Of a stretch of DNA of 64,000 nucleotides, positions 28,084-37,476 are shown one piece after another. The notes below the pieces were generated by a model. That model saw only the letters and a list, made by a program, of their open reading frames with translations, ran no database searches and was not told the DNA's origin. The stretch is taken from positions 3,904,001 to 3,968,000 of the forward strand of contig CBDCDC010000002.1 of NCBI GenBank assembly GCA_965215195.1, in the 5' to 3' direction. Source of the stretch: Candidatus Latescibacterota bacterium (GTDB taxonomy: Bacteria; Latescibacterota; UBA2968; UBA8231). A program made the translations under genes and the position numbers. The stretch's first letter is position 1, and the number at the start of each line of letters is the position of its first letter.

Positions 28084-28692
28084 CTAGGACCAGAGTTTGC
28101 CGACTTGGAGTTCAAAGCCGGGTAACAGGGGTTCGCCCGAGACCGTTTCAGGTGCCGACAGGCAAACGACAGTTTTTGCTGGGCGATAGACGTACACCGT
28201 TTTCGCCCGCGGATCGATGAGCCAGCCGAGTTGTACGCCATTCGCGAGATACTCCTGCATCTTGTCTTGGACCACGGCAAGCCGATCGGTGCGGGAGAGC
28301 AACTCGACGACAAAGTCGGGGCATATCGGGGCAAACTCCTCCTGCTCATCCGGGGACAGGGCTTCCCAGCGGTCGCGGCGAATCCACGCCAGATCCGGTG
28401 CCCGCACCGCCCCATTGGGCAGGGTGAAGCCGGCCGAGGAATCAAAGCCCAACCCGGTTGCATCGGCTTGCGTCCATAGGCCAAGTTGGGCCGTAAGGGT
28501 AAAGTTGCGGTGGCCGGATTTGCTCCCGGTGGGCGGCATGACGATCAGGTCTCCTTGGCAGGTGAGTTCCATGCGTAGATCGCGGTTGGCTTGGCAAAAC
28601 TCGAAAAACTCATGCCGGCTCAGGCGTCTTAGCACCGAACTAAAATGAAGGGTAAGAGCCATCGGCTCGGCGCGTACGGCAGCAGTGCTCAT
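28084..28692 (-). CDS. Uma2 family (DUF820) PD-(D/E)xK endonuclease-like protein
   Basis: FDSSAGFTLPNGAVRAPDLAW, CPDFVVELLS and KMQEYLANGVQLGWLIDP motifs. Confidence 0.93.
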   Translation of the reverse strand: MSTAAVRAEPMALTLHFSSVLRRLSRHEFFEFCQANRDLRMELTCQGDLIVMPPTGSKSGHRNFTLTAQLGLWTQADATGLGFDSSAGFTLPNGAVRAPDLAWIRRDRWEALSPDEQEEFAPICPDFVVELLSRTDRLAVVQDKMQEYLANGVQLGWLIDPRAKTVYVYRPAKTVVCLSAPETVSGEPLLPGFELQVGKLWS

Positions 28693-28797
28693 GGCATGCG
28701 CTCCAAAATTTGAATGTTGCGCCCGCAACTATCCGCTGGAACGCGGGTGGCGCGGGCCGTTTTAGGCTTGTCAAGCGTACAATTCCCAATTTTTGCT

Positions 28798-28846
28798 GGG
28801 AGCGAGGGCGTCCCGCCCTCGACGAGGGCAAGATGCCCTCGATCCG
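28798..28846. repeat. REP-like inverted doublet (second family)
   Basis: GGGAGCGAGGGCGTCCCGCCCTCG and CGAGGGCAAGATGCCCTCGATCC are two hairpins in inverted arrangement. Confidence 0.7.
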
Positions 28847-28876
28847 AGATTAAGGCCCTACTGTCGTGTACTTAGG

Positions 28877-30112
28877 TCACCGCGTCAAGGCGACGGGCGC
28901 GGGCATCTGGCAGACCTCGCTCATCGGCCCGAAAATGGGCTCGACGCGTTCGCTGAAGAGGTTGCCGCTCAGAACGTCGATGACCCCCTGTTTGCACTCG
29001 GGATGGCACTTGAGGAATTCGGCGAAGCTGAAGTCCTTGGCGTAGAAGGCGTACACCATTTTGCGCACTGCCTCCATGCCGCGCACTAGCTCCGGCCCGA
29101 AACCGCCCAACTGCCCGGCCGAGAAGTCCCCTTTGGCAAAGGCCCCGGCAATGGCGTCGGCGGCCATCTCGCCGGATTTGAGGGCTAGGTACACGCCCGA
29201 GGAGTACATAGGGTCGAGAAAACAGAACGCGTCGCCGACCAGCACCCAGCCCTCGCCGGCGATGCGGCTGGCGCGGTAGGAAAAGTCCTTGGTGGTCTTG
29301 ACCGGAAAGAGCTGGTCGGCGTTTTGCAGGCGCTCCTGCAGGGGTCGGCATTTGGCCAACTCTTGCTCGAAGATGGTCTGCGCGTCTTGGCGGCGGCCTT
29401 GGACCAAGTAGGAGATCGCGCCGACCACGCCGACGCTGACCACATCGTTGGACAGGGGTATATACCAAAACCAGGAGTCCCGGTTCTCGGTGTGGAGGAT
29501 CAAGGTCGCGCCGGCGTCGATGCCGGCGTCGCGCCGGCCGCCGCGATAGTGGGTGTAGATCGAAGCCTTCTTCAGTTCGGGCTCGGGCTGGGTCAGCTTG
29601 AGCTTGCGGCCGATCAGCGCACTCTGGCCGGTGGCATCGACGACGACTTGCGCGGCAAAATCGCGGGTTTGCCCGTCGGCGAGCTTGGCGCACACGCCGG
29701 TAGCGCGGTCCCCTTCAAACAGCACTTCGAGCACCCGGGCACCCTGATGCACTTGAGTACCTTTTGCGCGGGCGTTGTCGAGGAGCATCTCGTCGAATGG
29801 GCCGCGCAGGACCTGCCAAGTTATTGCGCTTTCGTGGGGGTTGGTGTCGGAAAAGTAAAAGGGCGTTGAGCCGCGCCCCGACTTGCCGAAAAACTGTACG
29901 CTGTGCTTGCGGGGAAAGGCGCTGTCTTTGAGCCGGTTGAGCACGCCGAGCCGTTTGAAGGTCCAGTAGGTGTCCGGCATCAGGGACTCGCCGATCGCGA
30001 AGCGGGGAAACTGCGCCCGCTCAAAGAGCCGGACTCGGCGGCCGGTTGCGGCTAGGAGGGCGGCGACGGTGCTGCCGGCCGGGCCGCCGCCGATGACGAT
30101 GACATCGCTCAC
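28877..30112 (-). CDS. Flavin-dependent halogenase-like oxidoreductase
   Basis: GGGPAG, FPRFAIGES, Lys in FPRKHS, WFWYIP (WxWxIP) and FLDPMYSSGV motifs. GTG start with AGGA RBS. Confidence 0.82.
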   Translation of the reverse strand: MSDVIVIGGGPAGSTVAALLAATGRRVRLFERAQFPRFAIGESLMPDTYWTFKRLGVLNRLKDSAFPRKHSVQFFGKSGRGSTPFYFSDTNPHESAITWQVLRGPFDEMLLDNARAKGTQVHQGARVLEVLFEGDRATGVCAKLADGQTRDFAAQVVVDATGQSALIGRKLKLTQPEPELKKASIYTHYRGGRRDAGIDAGATLILHTENRDSWFWYIPLSNDVVSVGVVGAISYLVQGRRQDAQTIFEQELAKCRPLQERLQNADQLFPVKTTKDFSYRASRIAGEGWVLVGDAFCFLDPMYSSGVYLALKSGEMAADAIAGAFAKGDFSAGQLGGFGPELVRGMEAVRKMVYAFYAKDFSFAEFLKCHPECKQGVIDVLSGNLFSERVEPIFGPMSEVCQMPAPVALTR

Positions 30113-30227
30113 GTTTGTCCTAGGTCTGTGGCTTTTTGTGATTTCGCTCTGCTGCAGTCTGTCATTGACGTGGATCAAATTGTACGTCCTTAGGGCCTAC
30201 CTTTCAATATACTAAAGAGAAGATCGA

Positions 30228-31508
30228 CTAGAGTTGGTCGCTCCTGTGATCGGTGACGCGCTGGGCTTTGAGTTCAAAGCGCGGCAGGGTGTTCGGCTCG
30301 GCGATTTGGATGTCGGCGCGCAGGCCCAGTCGGTGGGCGAGGGCGCGTTCTACTTGGTCGGCGGTGTCGTTGGCATTGCCGTCGAGTTCTAGGCGCACCT
30401 CCAGCTCGTCCAGTGCCCTGCGCCGATGGACGTCAACGGCAAATTCAGTGACCGCGGGGAACTGGCGCACGACGTTTTCAATCGCGCTGGGATAGACGAC
30501 CACGCCGCGGATGAGCAAGGCGTCGTCGAGGCGGCCGGTGACCCCGCCTTGGAGCCGCTCGAAGCTGCGGCCGCAGGCGCAAGGCGTGCGATTGAGCGCG
30601 ACGCGGTCGCCGGTGCGGTAGCGGAGGACCGGCATTCCGCTGCGGCCGAGATTAGTGATGACCAGCTCGCCCTCGTCGGCCGGTACGCCGCTTTGCGGAT
30701 CGACGACTTCGCAGATGAACTCGCCCTCGTTGAGGTGCAAGCCAGCCTGTTCGCAGCAGTCAAAACCCCAAGCGCCGACCTCGGTGGCCCCGGCGTGGTC
30801 GAAGCAGCGGGCACCCCAAGTGCGCTCGATTTGGGCGCGGGTAGCCGGGAGGTTCGCGCCCGGCTCGCCAGCGTGGATAGTGGTGCGGACGCTGCTGGCG
30901 GCGAGGTCGATCCCGCGGCCGCGGGCGACTTCGCCCAAGTGCAAGGCATACGTCGGCGTGGAGACGAGGACGGTGATCTCGTTTTCGACGATGGCGTCTA
31001 GGCGCTGCGCCGAAGACATGCCGCCGCCGGGGACGATCAGCGCGCCAATGCGGCTGGCCCCCTCGTGCCCGCTCCAGAAGCCGATAAAGGGGCCAAAGGA
31101 GAAGGCGAAAAAGACGCGGTCGCGGTTGCCGACGCCAGCGGCGCGATAGACTTGGGCCCAGCAGCGCCCCCACCAGCCCCAGCTCTGGGCCGTGTCGAGC
31201 CAGCGCAGGCGCTGGCCGGTGGTGCCGGAGGTCTGGTGGATGCGGGTGTAGCACGCGGGCGGATAGGTGAGGTTGGTGCCGTAGGGGGGGTGGGCGACTT
31301 GGTCCGCAGACAGTTCGGCGCGGGTGGTAAAGGGGAGGCGGGCCAAGTCGGAGAGAGTGGCGATATCCTCGGCCCGTGCGATTCCGGCCGCGTTGAGCTT
31401 TTGGCGGTAAAAGGCGTTGGTCGCCAGCACGGAACCGAGCAGGGTGTGCAGGCGGTTGCGCTGGTGTTTGGCCAGTGCGTCGCGGCTGAGGCGTTCGCAG
31501 TCCCTCAT
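30228..31508 (-). CDS. Phenylacetate-CoA ligase (PaaK)-like adenylate-forming enzyme
   Basis: LPFTTRAEL, HQTSGTTG, TPTYALHL, AGEPG, DHAGATE, LRYRTGD and GRLDD motifs. Confidence 0.9.
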   Translation of the reverse strand: MRDCERLSRDALAKHQRNRLHTLLGSVLATNAFYRQKLNAAGIARAEDIATLSDLARLPFTTRAELSADQVAHPPYGTNLTYPPACYTRIHQTSGTTGQRLRWLDTAQSWGWWGRCWAQVYRAAGVGNRDRVFFAFSFGPFIGFWSGHEGASRIGALIVPGGGMSSAQRLDAIVENEITVLVSTPTYALHLGEVARGRGIDLAASSVRTTIHAGEPGANLPATRAQIERTWGARCFDHAGATEVGAWGFDCCEQAGLHLNEGEFICEVVDPQSGVPADEGELVITNLGRSGMPVLRYRTGDRVALNRTPCACGRSFERLQGGVTGRLDDALLIRGVVVYPSAIENVVRQFPAVTEFAVDVHRRRALDELEVRLELDGNANDTADQVERALAHRLGLRADIQIAEPNTLPRFELKAQRVTDHRSDQL

Positions 31509-33637
31509 AGCGAATAGCCTAGGGTTGCCTTGAAGGAGAAGGGGGCCGCCGGGATGACCGAGGTGGCCCCAAAACCTCGGGTCTCGTATTCGCTGCCGGT
31601 CGCGTTTTTGAGGTTGATCCGCAGCAGCCCCGGACCTCGCCGATAGGTCAGCCCGCAGTCAAGCGTCAGCGCACCGTCGATCGCATAGGCGTTGTCCTCG
31701 GCCACGAACTGGCTGCCGACGTAGCGAATGCCAGCGGCCAAGGTGAGGTTTTCCCCCAAGTCGCGGGCGGCCCACAGCGTCAAAAGGTGTTCGGGCGCAA
31801 AGGCCGGCGCGTTGCCCGTGCGGTCAAAGATTTGGGGGACGAAGCCGTCGGCCGTGGGGACCAATGCGGATTCGTTGAAGCGCGTCAGCTCGGCGTCCAA
31901 AAAGGCATAGGTGCCTTGGGCGTACCAGCCTTGGGCCAGCCGCGCCGCCAGTTCCAGCTCCAGGCCCCGAGCGCGCTGGTTGCCGAGTTGCTGGGTGATT
32001 CCGTTGTCGTCGGGGATGGCGATGTGCTCTTTGTCGAGGTTAAAGAGGGCGAGGTTGGCGGTGAGGTTGCCGTTGAGCAGCGCGGCTTTGGCACCGATTT
32101 CGTATTGGGTGCTTTCCTCGGCGTCGCGGTCGCCCACGACTTGGGCGGAAGGCGCGGCAAAGGCGCGGCCCGCATTGGCGTAGAGCGAAAGGGCTTGGGT
32201 GGGGGAGAAGACCGCGCCGAGCATTGGGCTTAGCTGCCGGTAATCGCGCTTGGTGGCGGTGAGCTGGTCCTCGTAGCCGATCCGGTCGAAGCGGCCCCCG
32301 AGCAGTAGCTCAAAGTGCGGGCTGACGATTATGCGGTCGATAAAGTAGGGTGCCAGCGATTGCGCGGCGGTCTGACCGGCCGTCGCTTGGTCGGGGAGGG
32401 GAACCACGAGGGAATCGGTCCCGGCTTCGGCCGGCATGAAGGGGGCCAAACTAGGCGGCAGCATCGCGTCGAGGGTGAACAGATCAACTAGCGAAAGCAA
32501 GGCCACGTCGAGAGTGAAGTCGTCCGCGTGGTGGGCGATCTCAAAGCCAAAGAGGAGCTGATGCTCAGTACCGCTAATTTGCAGTTTTAGCAAGCCTTCG
32601 AGTTGGTTGCCGACGATCCTTTGCTGGTCGTCGAGGTCGAGCAAGGTGCGGGCGAGGTCCAGCGAGCCGGCCGCGTTGGGAAAGGCCCCGTTGAAGAGGG
32701 TGCCCTGCGAGGGCCAGTTGAGGCGGGTGTAGTAGAGTTTGTCGCGCAAAGTGAAATTGGGCGCTAAATGCCATTCACAATCGGCGCGCAAGCGCAGGAT
32801 GGTCTGTGCGGAAAGGTCGAAGGGCGACTGATATGAGCGGGTGCGCGGCACATCGGCCAGGGCACCCTCGACGATGGGCAGACCCGAGTCGGGTTGGTGT
32901 TCGCTCGTCAAGTACTCAAAGTCGAGGTGCAGGGTTGAGCGCTCGCCGAAGTTCAGCCGCAGCATTGGGTTTACGGCGAGGATCGAGCTGTTTTTGTCGT
33001 CGCGGTAGCTTTCCGCATCCTGCCACAGCGCATTGAGGCGCAAGGCGAGGCCCGCGTCGGGCAAGGCGCGACCCGCGTCGAGGGTGGTTCGGTAGGTGGA
33101 AAAGCTCCCCAAGGAGGCGTTGACGCGGGCGAAGTTGCCCACCGAGAGCGGCCGTTTGCGGACGAGGTTGATGGTGCCCGACAGGGGGTTGCCGCCGTAG
33201 AGGAAGGCCCCGGGCCCTTTGAGGGCTTCGACGCGGTCGACATTGTAGAGCTGGTAGAAAGTAGCTTCGGGTTCAGGGGCACCGCTGGAGAGCACCAAGC
33301 CGTTGGCGAGCGAGTCGAAGCCGCGCAGGTAGAACAGGTCGTGGACGCCGAAGTTGGTGTGGACGCCGACGCCGCTGACATTGGCCAGCGCATCGCTGAG
33401 GGTCGCGCCGTCTTGAGTCTCGATCAGGGCTTGGGGGACGATCCCGACGCTCAAGGGGGTCTTGTGCAGGGGCAGGGGCATTTTGCTGGCGATGGCATGG
33501 GCGCGGGGGATGGTTAGGCGAGAGCCGGTGACAACGGTCTCGCCGACGACGTGGAGTGAGTCGGCGGCACTCTGGGCATGGGCGCGGGGGGTCGTCAGGA
33601 CCAAGGCAAAAATTAGCAGCGCACCACATTTCCTCAT
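31505..33637 (-). CDS. TonB-dependent outer-membrane receptor
   Basis: Signal peptide, ETVVTGSR TonB box, plug motif RVEALKGPGAFLYG...GTINL, C-terminal TLGYSL. Confidence 0.93.
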   Translation of the reverse strand: MRKCGALLIFALVLTTPRAHAQSAADSLHVVGETVVTGSRLTIPRAHAIASKMPLPLHKTPLSVGIVPQALIETQDGATLSDALANVSGVGVHTNFGVHDLFYLRGFDSLANGLVLSSGAPEPEATFYQLYNVDRVEALKGPGAFLYGGNPLSGTINLVRKRPLSVGNFARVNASLGSFSTYRTTLDAGRALPDAGLALRLNALWQDAESYRDDKNSSILAVNPMLRLNFGERSTLHLDFEYLTSEHQPDSGLPIVEGALADVPRTRSYQSPFDLSAQTILRLRADCEWHLAPNFTLRDKLYYTRLNWPSQGTLFNGAFPNAAGSLDLARTLLDLDDQQRIVGNQLEGLLKLQISGTEHQLLFGFEIAHHADDFTLDVALLSLVDLFTLDAMLPPSLAPFMPAEAGTDSLVVPLPDQATAGQTAAQSLAPYFIDRIIVSPHFELLLGGRFDRIGYEDQLTATKRDYRQLSPMLGAVFSPTQALSLYANAGRAFAAPSAQVVGDRDAEESTQYEIGAKAALLNGNLTANLALFNLDKEHIAIPDDNGITQQLGNQRARGLELELAARLAQGWYAQGTYAFLDAELTRFNESALVPTADGFVPQIFDRTGNAPAFAPEHLLTLWAARDLGENLTLAAGIRYVGSQFVAEDNAYAIDGALTLDCGLTYRRGPGLLRINLKNATGSEYETRGFGATSVIPAAPFSFKATLGYSL

Positions 33638-34875
33638 TGGGCCGCGCTCTCCACGTTTATACAGACGATTTCGCTCTCGTCGCGGAGGTAGAGCCGGCCG
33701 TCGGCCAGCGCAGGGGCCGTCCAGCACTTGCTGCGAAAGACCCGAGTGTTGGCCTTTTCGACGAAGCCTTCGGGCGTGGCCTCGGCTACGCCGAGATTGC
33801 CGCGTTCGCCCAAGATGACGAGGTGCCCGTCGGCGACGATTAGGGTCCCCTTGCCGTAGCCGCGGGTCTTCCACGTTTCCGCGCCGGTCTCGGCGTCGAG
33901 GCACTTGAGGATCGAGCCGTCGAAACCGTAGAGGTGGCCCTCGTAGTAGATGGAGGTGGCAAAGTGGTTTTTCATGTTCTTGTTGCGCCAGACCTCCGCC
34001 ACCTGATAGCGGCCGTCTGTGGCGGCGACCTCCACCACGGTGCCGCCGGTGCCGTAGCCAGAGGAGATAAAGAAGCGGTTGGGTGGGATGAAGACCGGGG
34101 TGGCGGCGTTGACGTCGTGGCTGGTCGTCCAAGGGTGTTTCCACAGCACCCGGCCGCGTTGCGGCGCGACCGAGATTAGGCCGTAACCGGTGAAAAACAC
34201 TGCTTGGCGCGTTTGGCCGATGGTAGCGGCGATGGGAGAGGAGTAGCCCGGATTGTCGCTGCCGGTGGTCCAAGTGACCTCGCCGCTAACTTTGTCAAAG
34301 GCCATCAGCGAACGGCCACCCTTGCCGCCGGCTTCGATTAGGACTAAGTCCCCTGCGACCAGCGGCGATGGGCAAAAGCCCCAGCGGGGCCTCTGGCTGC
34401 CAAATTCGCGGACTAGGTCGCGGCGCCATTGTTGGGAGCCGGTCTGGCTGTCGAGCGCGTGGAGTTTGCCTTGGGCGCTAAAGACATAGACCGTCCCGCC
34501 GTCAACAGTGGGAGTGGCGCGCGGACCGTCGCCGCCCTGCCGTTCCACTAACCTATCGTCGGTGCGGGTGCGCCACAGCACTTCGCCATTGCGGGCGTTG
34601 AGGCAGACTGCGTATTCCTCCCCGCTGTGGATGTACATCGTATAGATGCGATCGCCGACTATGGACAGGCCGGAAAAGCCCTTCCCGGCTTGGACGCGCC
34701 AAGCCTCTCTGAAAGACGGCATCTCGCCGAACAGGCCCGTCTCGGGCGAGATCCCATTGCGGTCGGGGCCGAGCCATTGCGGCCAGCCTGTTGATTGCCA
34801 GCGCGACCAGTCTTGGGCCAAGGCCGGAAAGGCGCATAAGACGAGGGCGAATAGGGCGTTGTACGCGGTGCTCAT
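33634..34875 (-). CDS. Secreted PQQ-like/BamB-like beta-propeller protein
   Basis: WPQWLGPDRNG, GPRATPTV and WTAPALADGRLYLRD motifs. ATGA overlaps at both ends. Confidence 0.9.
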   Translation of the reverse strand: MSTAYNALFALVLCAFPALAQDWSRWQSTGWPQWLGPDRNGISPETGLFGEMPSFREAWRVQAGKGFSGLSIVGDRIYTMYIHSGEEYAVCLNARNGEVLWRTRTDDRLVERQGGDGPRATPTVDGGTVYVFSAQGKLHALDSQTGSQQWRRDLVREFGSQRPRWGFCPSPLVAGDLVLIEAGGKGGRSLMAFDKVSGEVTWTTGSDNPGYSSPIAATIGQTRQAVFFTGYGLISVAPQRGRVLWKHPWTTSHDVNAATPVFIPPNRFFISSGYGTGGTVVEVAATDGRYQVAEVWRNKNMKNHFATSIYYEGHLYGFDGSILKCLDAETGAETWKTRGYGKGTLIVADGHLVILGERGNLGVAEATPEGFVEKANTRVFRSKCWTAPALADGRLYLRDESEIVCINVESAAQ

Positions 34876-36125
34876 TGGGCCGCTCCTTGTACATTGAGGC
34901 AGACGATTTCGCTTTCGTCGCGGACGTAGAGCCGGCCATCGGCCAGCGAGGGCATCGTCCAGCAACGGCCGTTGAGGACTTGGGCCTTGCTCTTTTCGCG
35001 AAAGCCGGCGGGCGTGGCTTCGACTAGCCCGAGTTGGCCCTCTTCGCCGAGGACGATGAGCTGGCTGTCGGCCACGATCAGGGTGCCCTTGCCGTAGCCG
35101 CGGGTCTTCCATTTTTCTTGGCCGGTGTGGGCGTCGAGGCACTTGAGAATTGCATTGTCAAAGCCGTAGAGGTGGTCCTCGTAGAGGACCGAGGTGCCGA
35201 AGTGGTTTTTCATCTTTTTGTTTTGCCAGACCGGCTCAATGGCGAGGCTGTCGCTGTCGCTCTTGATTTGCAAGACTGCGCCGCCGTTGTCGTCGCCGGT
35301 AGAGATAAAAAGCCGGTTGGGTGGGATGAAAATTGGGGTCGCCGCGCTGACGTCGTAGCGGGTCTTATAGGGGTAGCGCCAGTAAACGCGGCCGTCTTCC
35401 GGCGCTAGGCCGGTGAGCGAATAGGCCGTGAAATAGGCGAGTTGGCGCGCGCCGGCCGCGGTAAAGGCAATGGGCGACGAATAGCTCATCTTTTCGTTGA
35501 GAGCGGTCCAAGCGGTTGCGCCGGTGGCTTTGTCGAGGGCCACGGCCGTGACCGCGGTTTTGCGGTCGATGACCATATCGACGACGAAGTTGCCGTCGCG
35601 GCCGCCGGCTTCGACCAGCAGCAGATCGCCCTCAATCAGCGGGGAGGTACTAAACCCCCACTTGGGCACTTCGCTGTCAAACTCGGCGACCAAGTCCTTT
35701 TCCCAGATCGGCGCACCGCTCGCGGCGGCGAGCGCAAAGAGCTTGCCAGTGGCGCCGAGCACATAGACGATCTCGCCTTCGACCGTGGGCGTTGAGCGCG
35801 GGCCGTCGCCGCCTTGGGTCTCCTTGTAGTAAGGGCCGGTGCGATGACGCCAGCGTTCTGCGCCGGTCTCGGCGTCGAGGCATATTGCGAATTCGTCGTC
35901 GCCTTGGGCGAACATGGTGAAGACCCGGCCGTTGGCTATGGAGATGCCGGAGAAGCCATTGCCGAGCCGGGTGCGCCACTGGACGGCGGGGCCGTCGGCC
36001 GACCAGCTTTGCAGCAGGCCCGTTTCGCTGGAGATGCCGTCGCGCTGGGGGCCGCGCCACTGGGGCCAGTCGGCCGCCTGTGCAGCAGCGGTTAAGAGCA
36101 GCAGCAGTGGGATCGCGTTTTTCAA
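34872..36125 (-). CDS. Secreted PQQ-like/BamB-like beta-propeller protein (paralog of the adjacent gene)
   Basis: DWPQWRGPQRDG, GPRSTPTV and WTMPSLADGRLYVRD motifs. Confidence 0.9.
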   Translation of the reverse strand: MKNAIPLLLLLTAAAQAADWPQWRGPQRDGISSETGLLQSWSADGPAVQWRTRLGNGFSGISIANGRVFTMFAQGDDEFAICLDAETGAERWRHRTGPYYKETQGGDGPRSTPTVEGEIVYVLGATGKLFALAAASGAPIWEKDLVAEFDSEVPKWGFSTSPLIEGDLLLVEAGGRDGNFVVDMVIDRKTAVTAVALDKATGATAWTALNEKMSYSSPIAFTAAGARQLAYFTAYSLTGLAPEDGRVYWRYPYKTRYDVSAATPIFIPPNRLFISTGDDNGGAVLQIKSDSDSLAIEPVWQNKKMKNHFGTSVLYEDHLYGFDNAILKCLDAHTGQEKWKTRGYGKGTLIVADSQLIVLGEEGQLGLVEATPAGFREKSKAQVLNGRCWTMPSLADGRLYVRDESEIVCLNVQGAAQ

Positions 36126-36138
36126 TGGGACCTCCTAC

Positions 36139-37476
36139 TTAGGTATAGCGTGCGTTGCGGTATTGGGTTTGGTAAAAGTCGGGCAAGAGCTGATCGACGC
36201 GCATGAGGCCCTCGTCGGTCAATGCAACCGAGTCCGCGTCGAATTGGAGCATACCCTCGTCGCGCAGGCCGCTGAGCGCAGTGGCAAAGTGGGCGGTGAT
36301 ATCGACCCCGAATTTGGCGCGAAAATACGCGGTGTCTAGCGCGCCCAATTTGAGCTGTAGAATCACCTCGCGGGTGAGCTGCTCCTCGCGGTTGGTGGCG
36401 AAGGCGCGGTGGATGGGCAGGTCGCCGCGGTCGCTGGCGGCGAGGTACTCATCCCAATTCGGCGCGTTCTGATAGTGGATGCCGCTCAGGTGCGAGAAGG
36501 AGGCAACGCCGGTGCCGATCATGTCTTGGCCGGTCCACACGGCGTCGCGGTAGGCGAAGCGGCCGTCGGGCGTTTTCTTCATGGTATAGGCACTCGAACG
36601 CACGTATCCGGCCGCGGCTAACTGCTCGAAGGCATAGGCGTGATAGGCGCGCTTGGTCTTCCAGTCGGCCAAGGCCAGCGGCTCGCCGTCGCCAGCGAGC
36701 AGGTCCTTGGAGTAGAGCGTGTTGTAGGGCAGCTCCATCTGATAGACGGTGACGCTGTCCGGGCCGAGTGCGATGGTCTTTTGCACGGTCTGACGCCAGC
36801 TTGGCCACGCCTCGCCGACCATGCCAGCGATCAGATCGACGTTGACCTGAGCGAAGTCGAGCGCGTGGATCCAAGGCATGACTTGGTAGATTTCCTTGCT
36901 GACGTGGGCGCGGCCATTGTGGCGCAGAATCTCGTCGTCGAGGTTTTCTATCCCTAGGCTGAGGCGGGTGACGCCAATGGCGCGGATGGCTTCTAATTTG
37001 GCTTGGGTCAAGGTCCCAGGCTCGCACTCAAAGGCGATTTCGTCGGCGCGGTCCCAAGGCATGGCGTCCTTGAGGCGCTGGACTAAGGAGCGCAGGTGGC
37101 GCGAACTGATGTAGGAAGGGGTGCCGCCGCCAAAGTAGATGAAGTGCAGCGGCCGGTCTTTGACGGCCGGCTGCTGGGCGTAGTGTTCCACCTCGCGGGC
37201 GAGGGCGTCGAGATAGGTCTGGATCTGCTGGCTGTTTTTGTCCGTGTAAACGCGGAAGTAGCAGAACTTGCAGCGCTTGCGGCAGAAGGGGATGTGGAGG
37301 TAGAGGCCGAGCTTGGTGTCGGGTCGCGGCGGGTCGGCGAGTGCGCGGTGTGCCCGCGGCACGTCCTCTTCGCCCCAGAATGAATAGGCCGGATAGTTGG
37401 AGACAAAGACGCTGCCGACCTCGGTTTCGGTGCGGGCGGCGCGGGTGGTGGCCGGATCGCTGCCGATTAGACTCAT
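36139..37476 (-). CDS. HemN-like radical SAM enzyme
   Basis: YLHIPFCRKRCKFCYF (CxxxCxxC), YFGGGTP and VDLIAG motifs, HemN_C-like tail, N-terminal GSVFVSNYP. Confidence 0.9.
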   Translation of the reverse strand: MSLIGSDPATTRAARTETEVGSVFVSNYPAYSFWGEEDVPRAHRALADPPRPDTKLGLYLHIPFCRKRCKFCYFRVYTDKNSQQIQTYLDALAREVEHYAQQPAVKDRPLHFIYFGGGTPSYISSRHLRSLVQRLKDAMPWDRADEIAFECEPGTLTQAKLEAIRAIGVTRLSLGIENLDDEILRHNGRAHVSKEIYQVMPWIHALDFAQVNVDLIAGMVGEAWPSWRQTVQKTIALGPDSVTVYQMELPYNTLYSKDLLAGDGEPLALADWKTKRAYHAYAFEQLAAAGYVRSSAYTMKKTPDGRFAYRDAVWTGQDMIGTGVASFSHLSGIHYQNAPNWDEYLAASDRGDLPIHRAFATNREEQLTREVILQLKLGALDTAYFRAKFGVDITAHFATALSGLRDEGMLQFDADSVALTDEGLMRVDQLLPDFYQTQYRNARYT

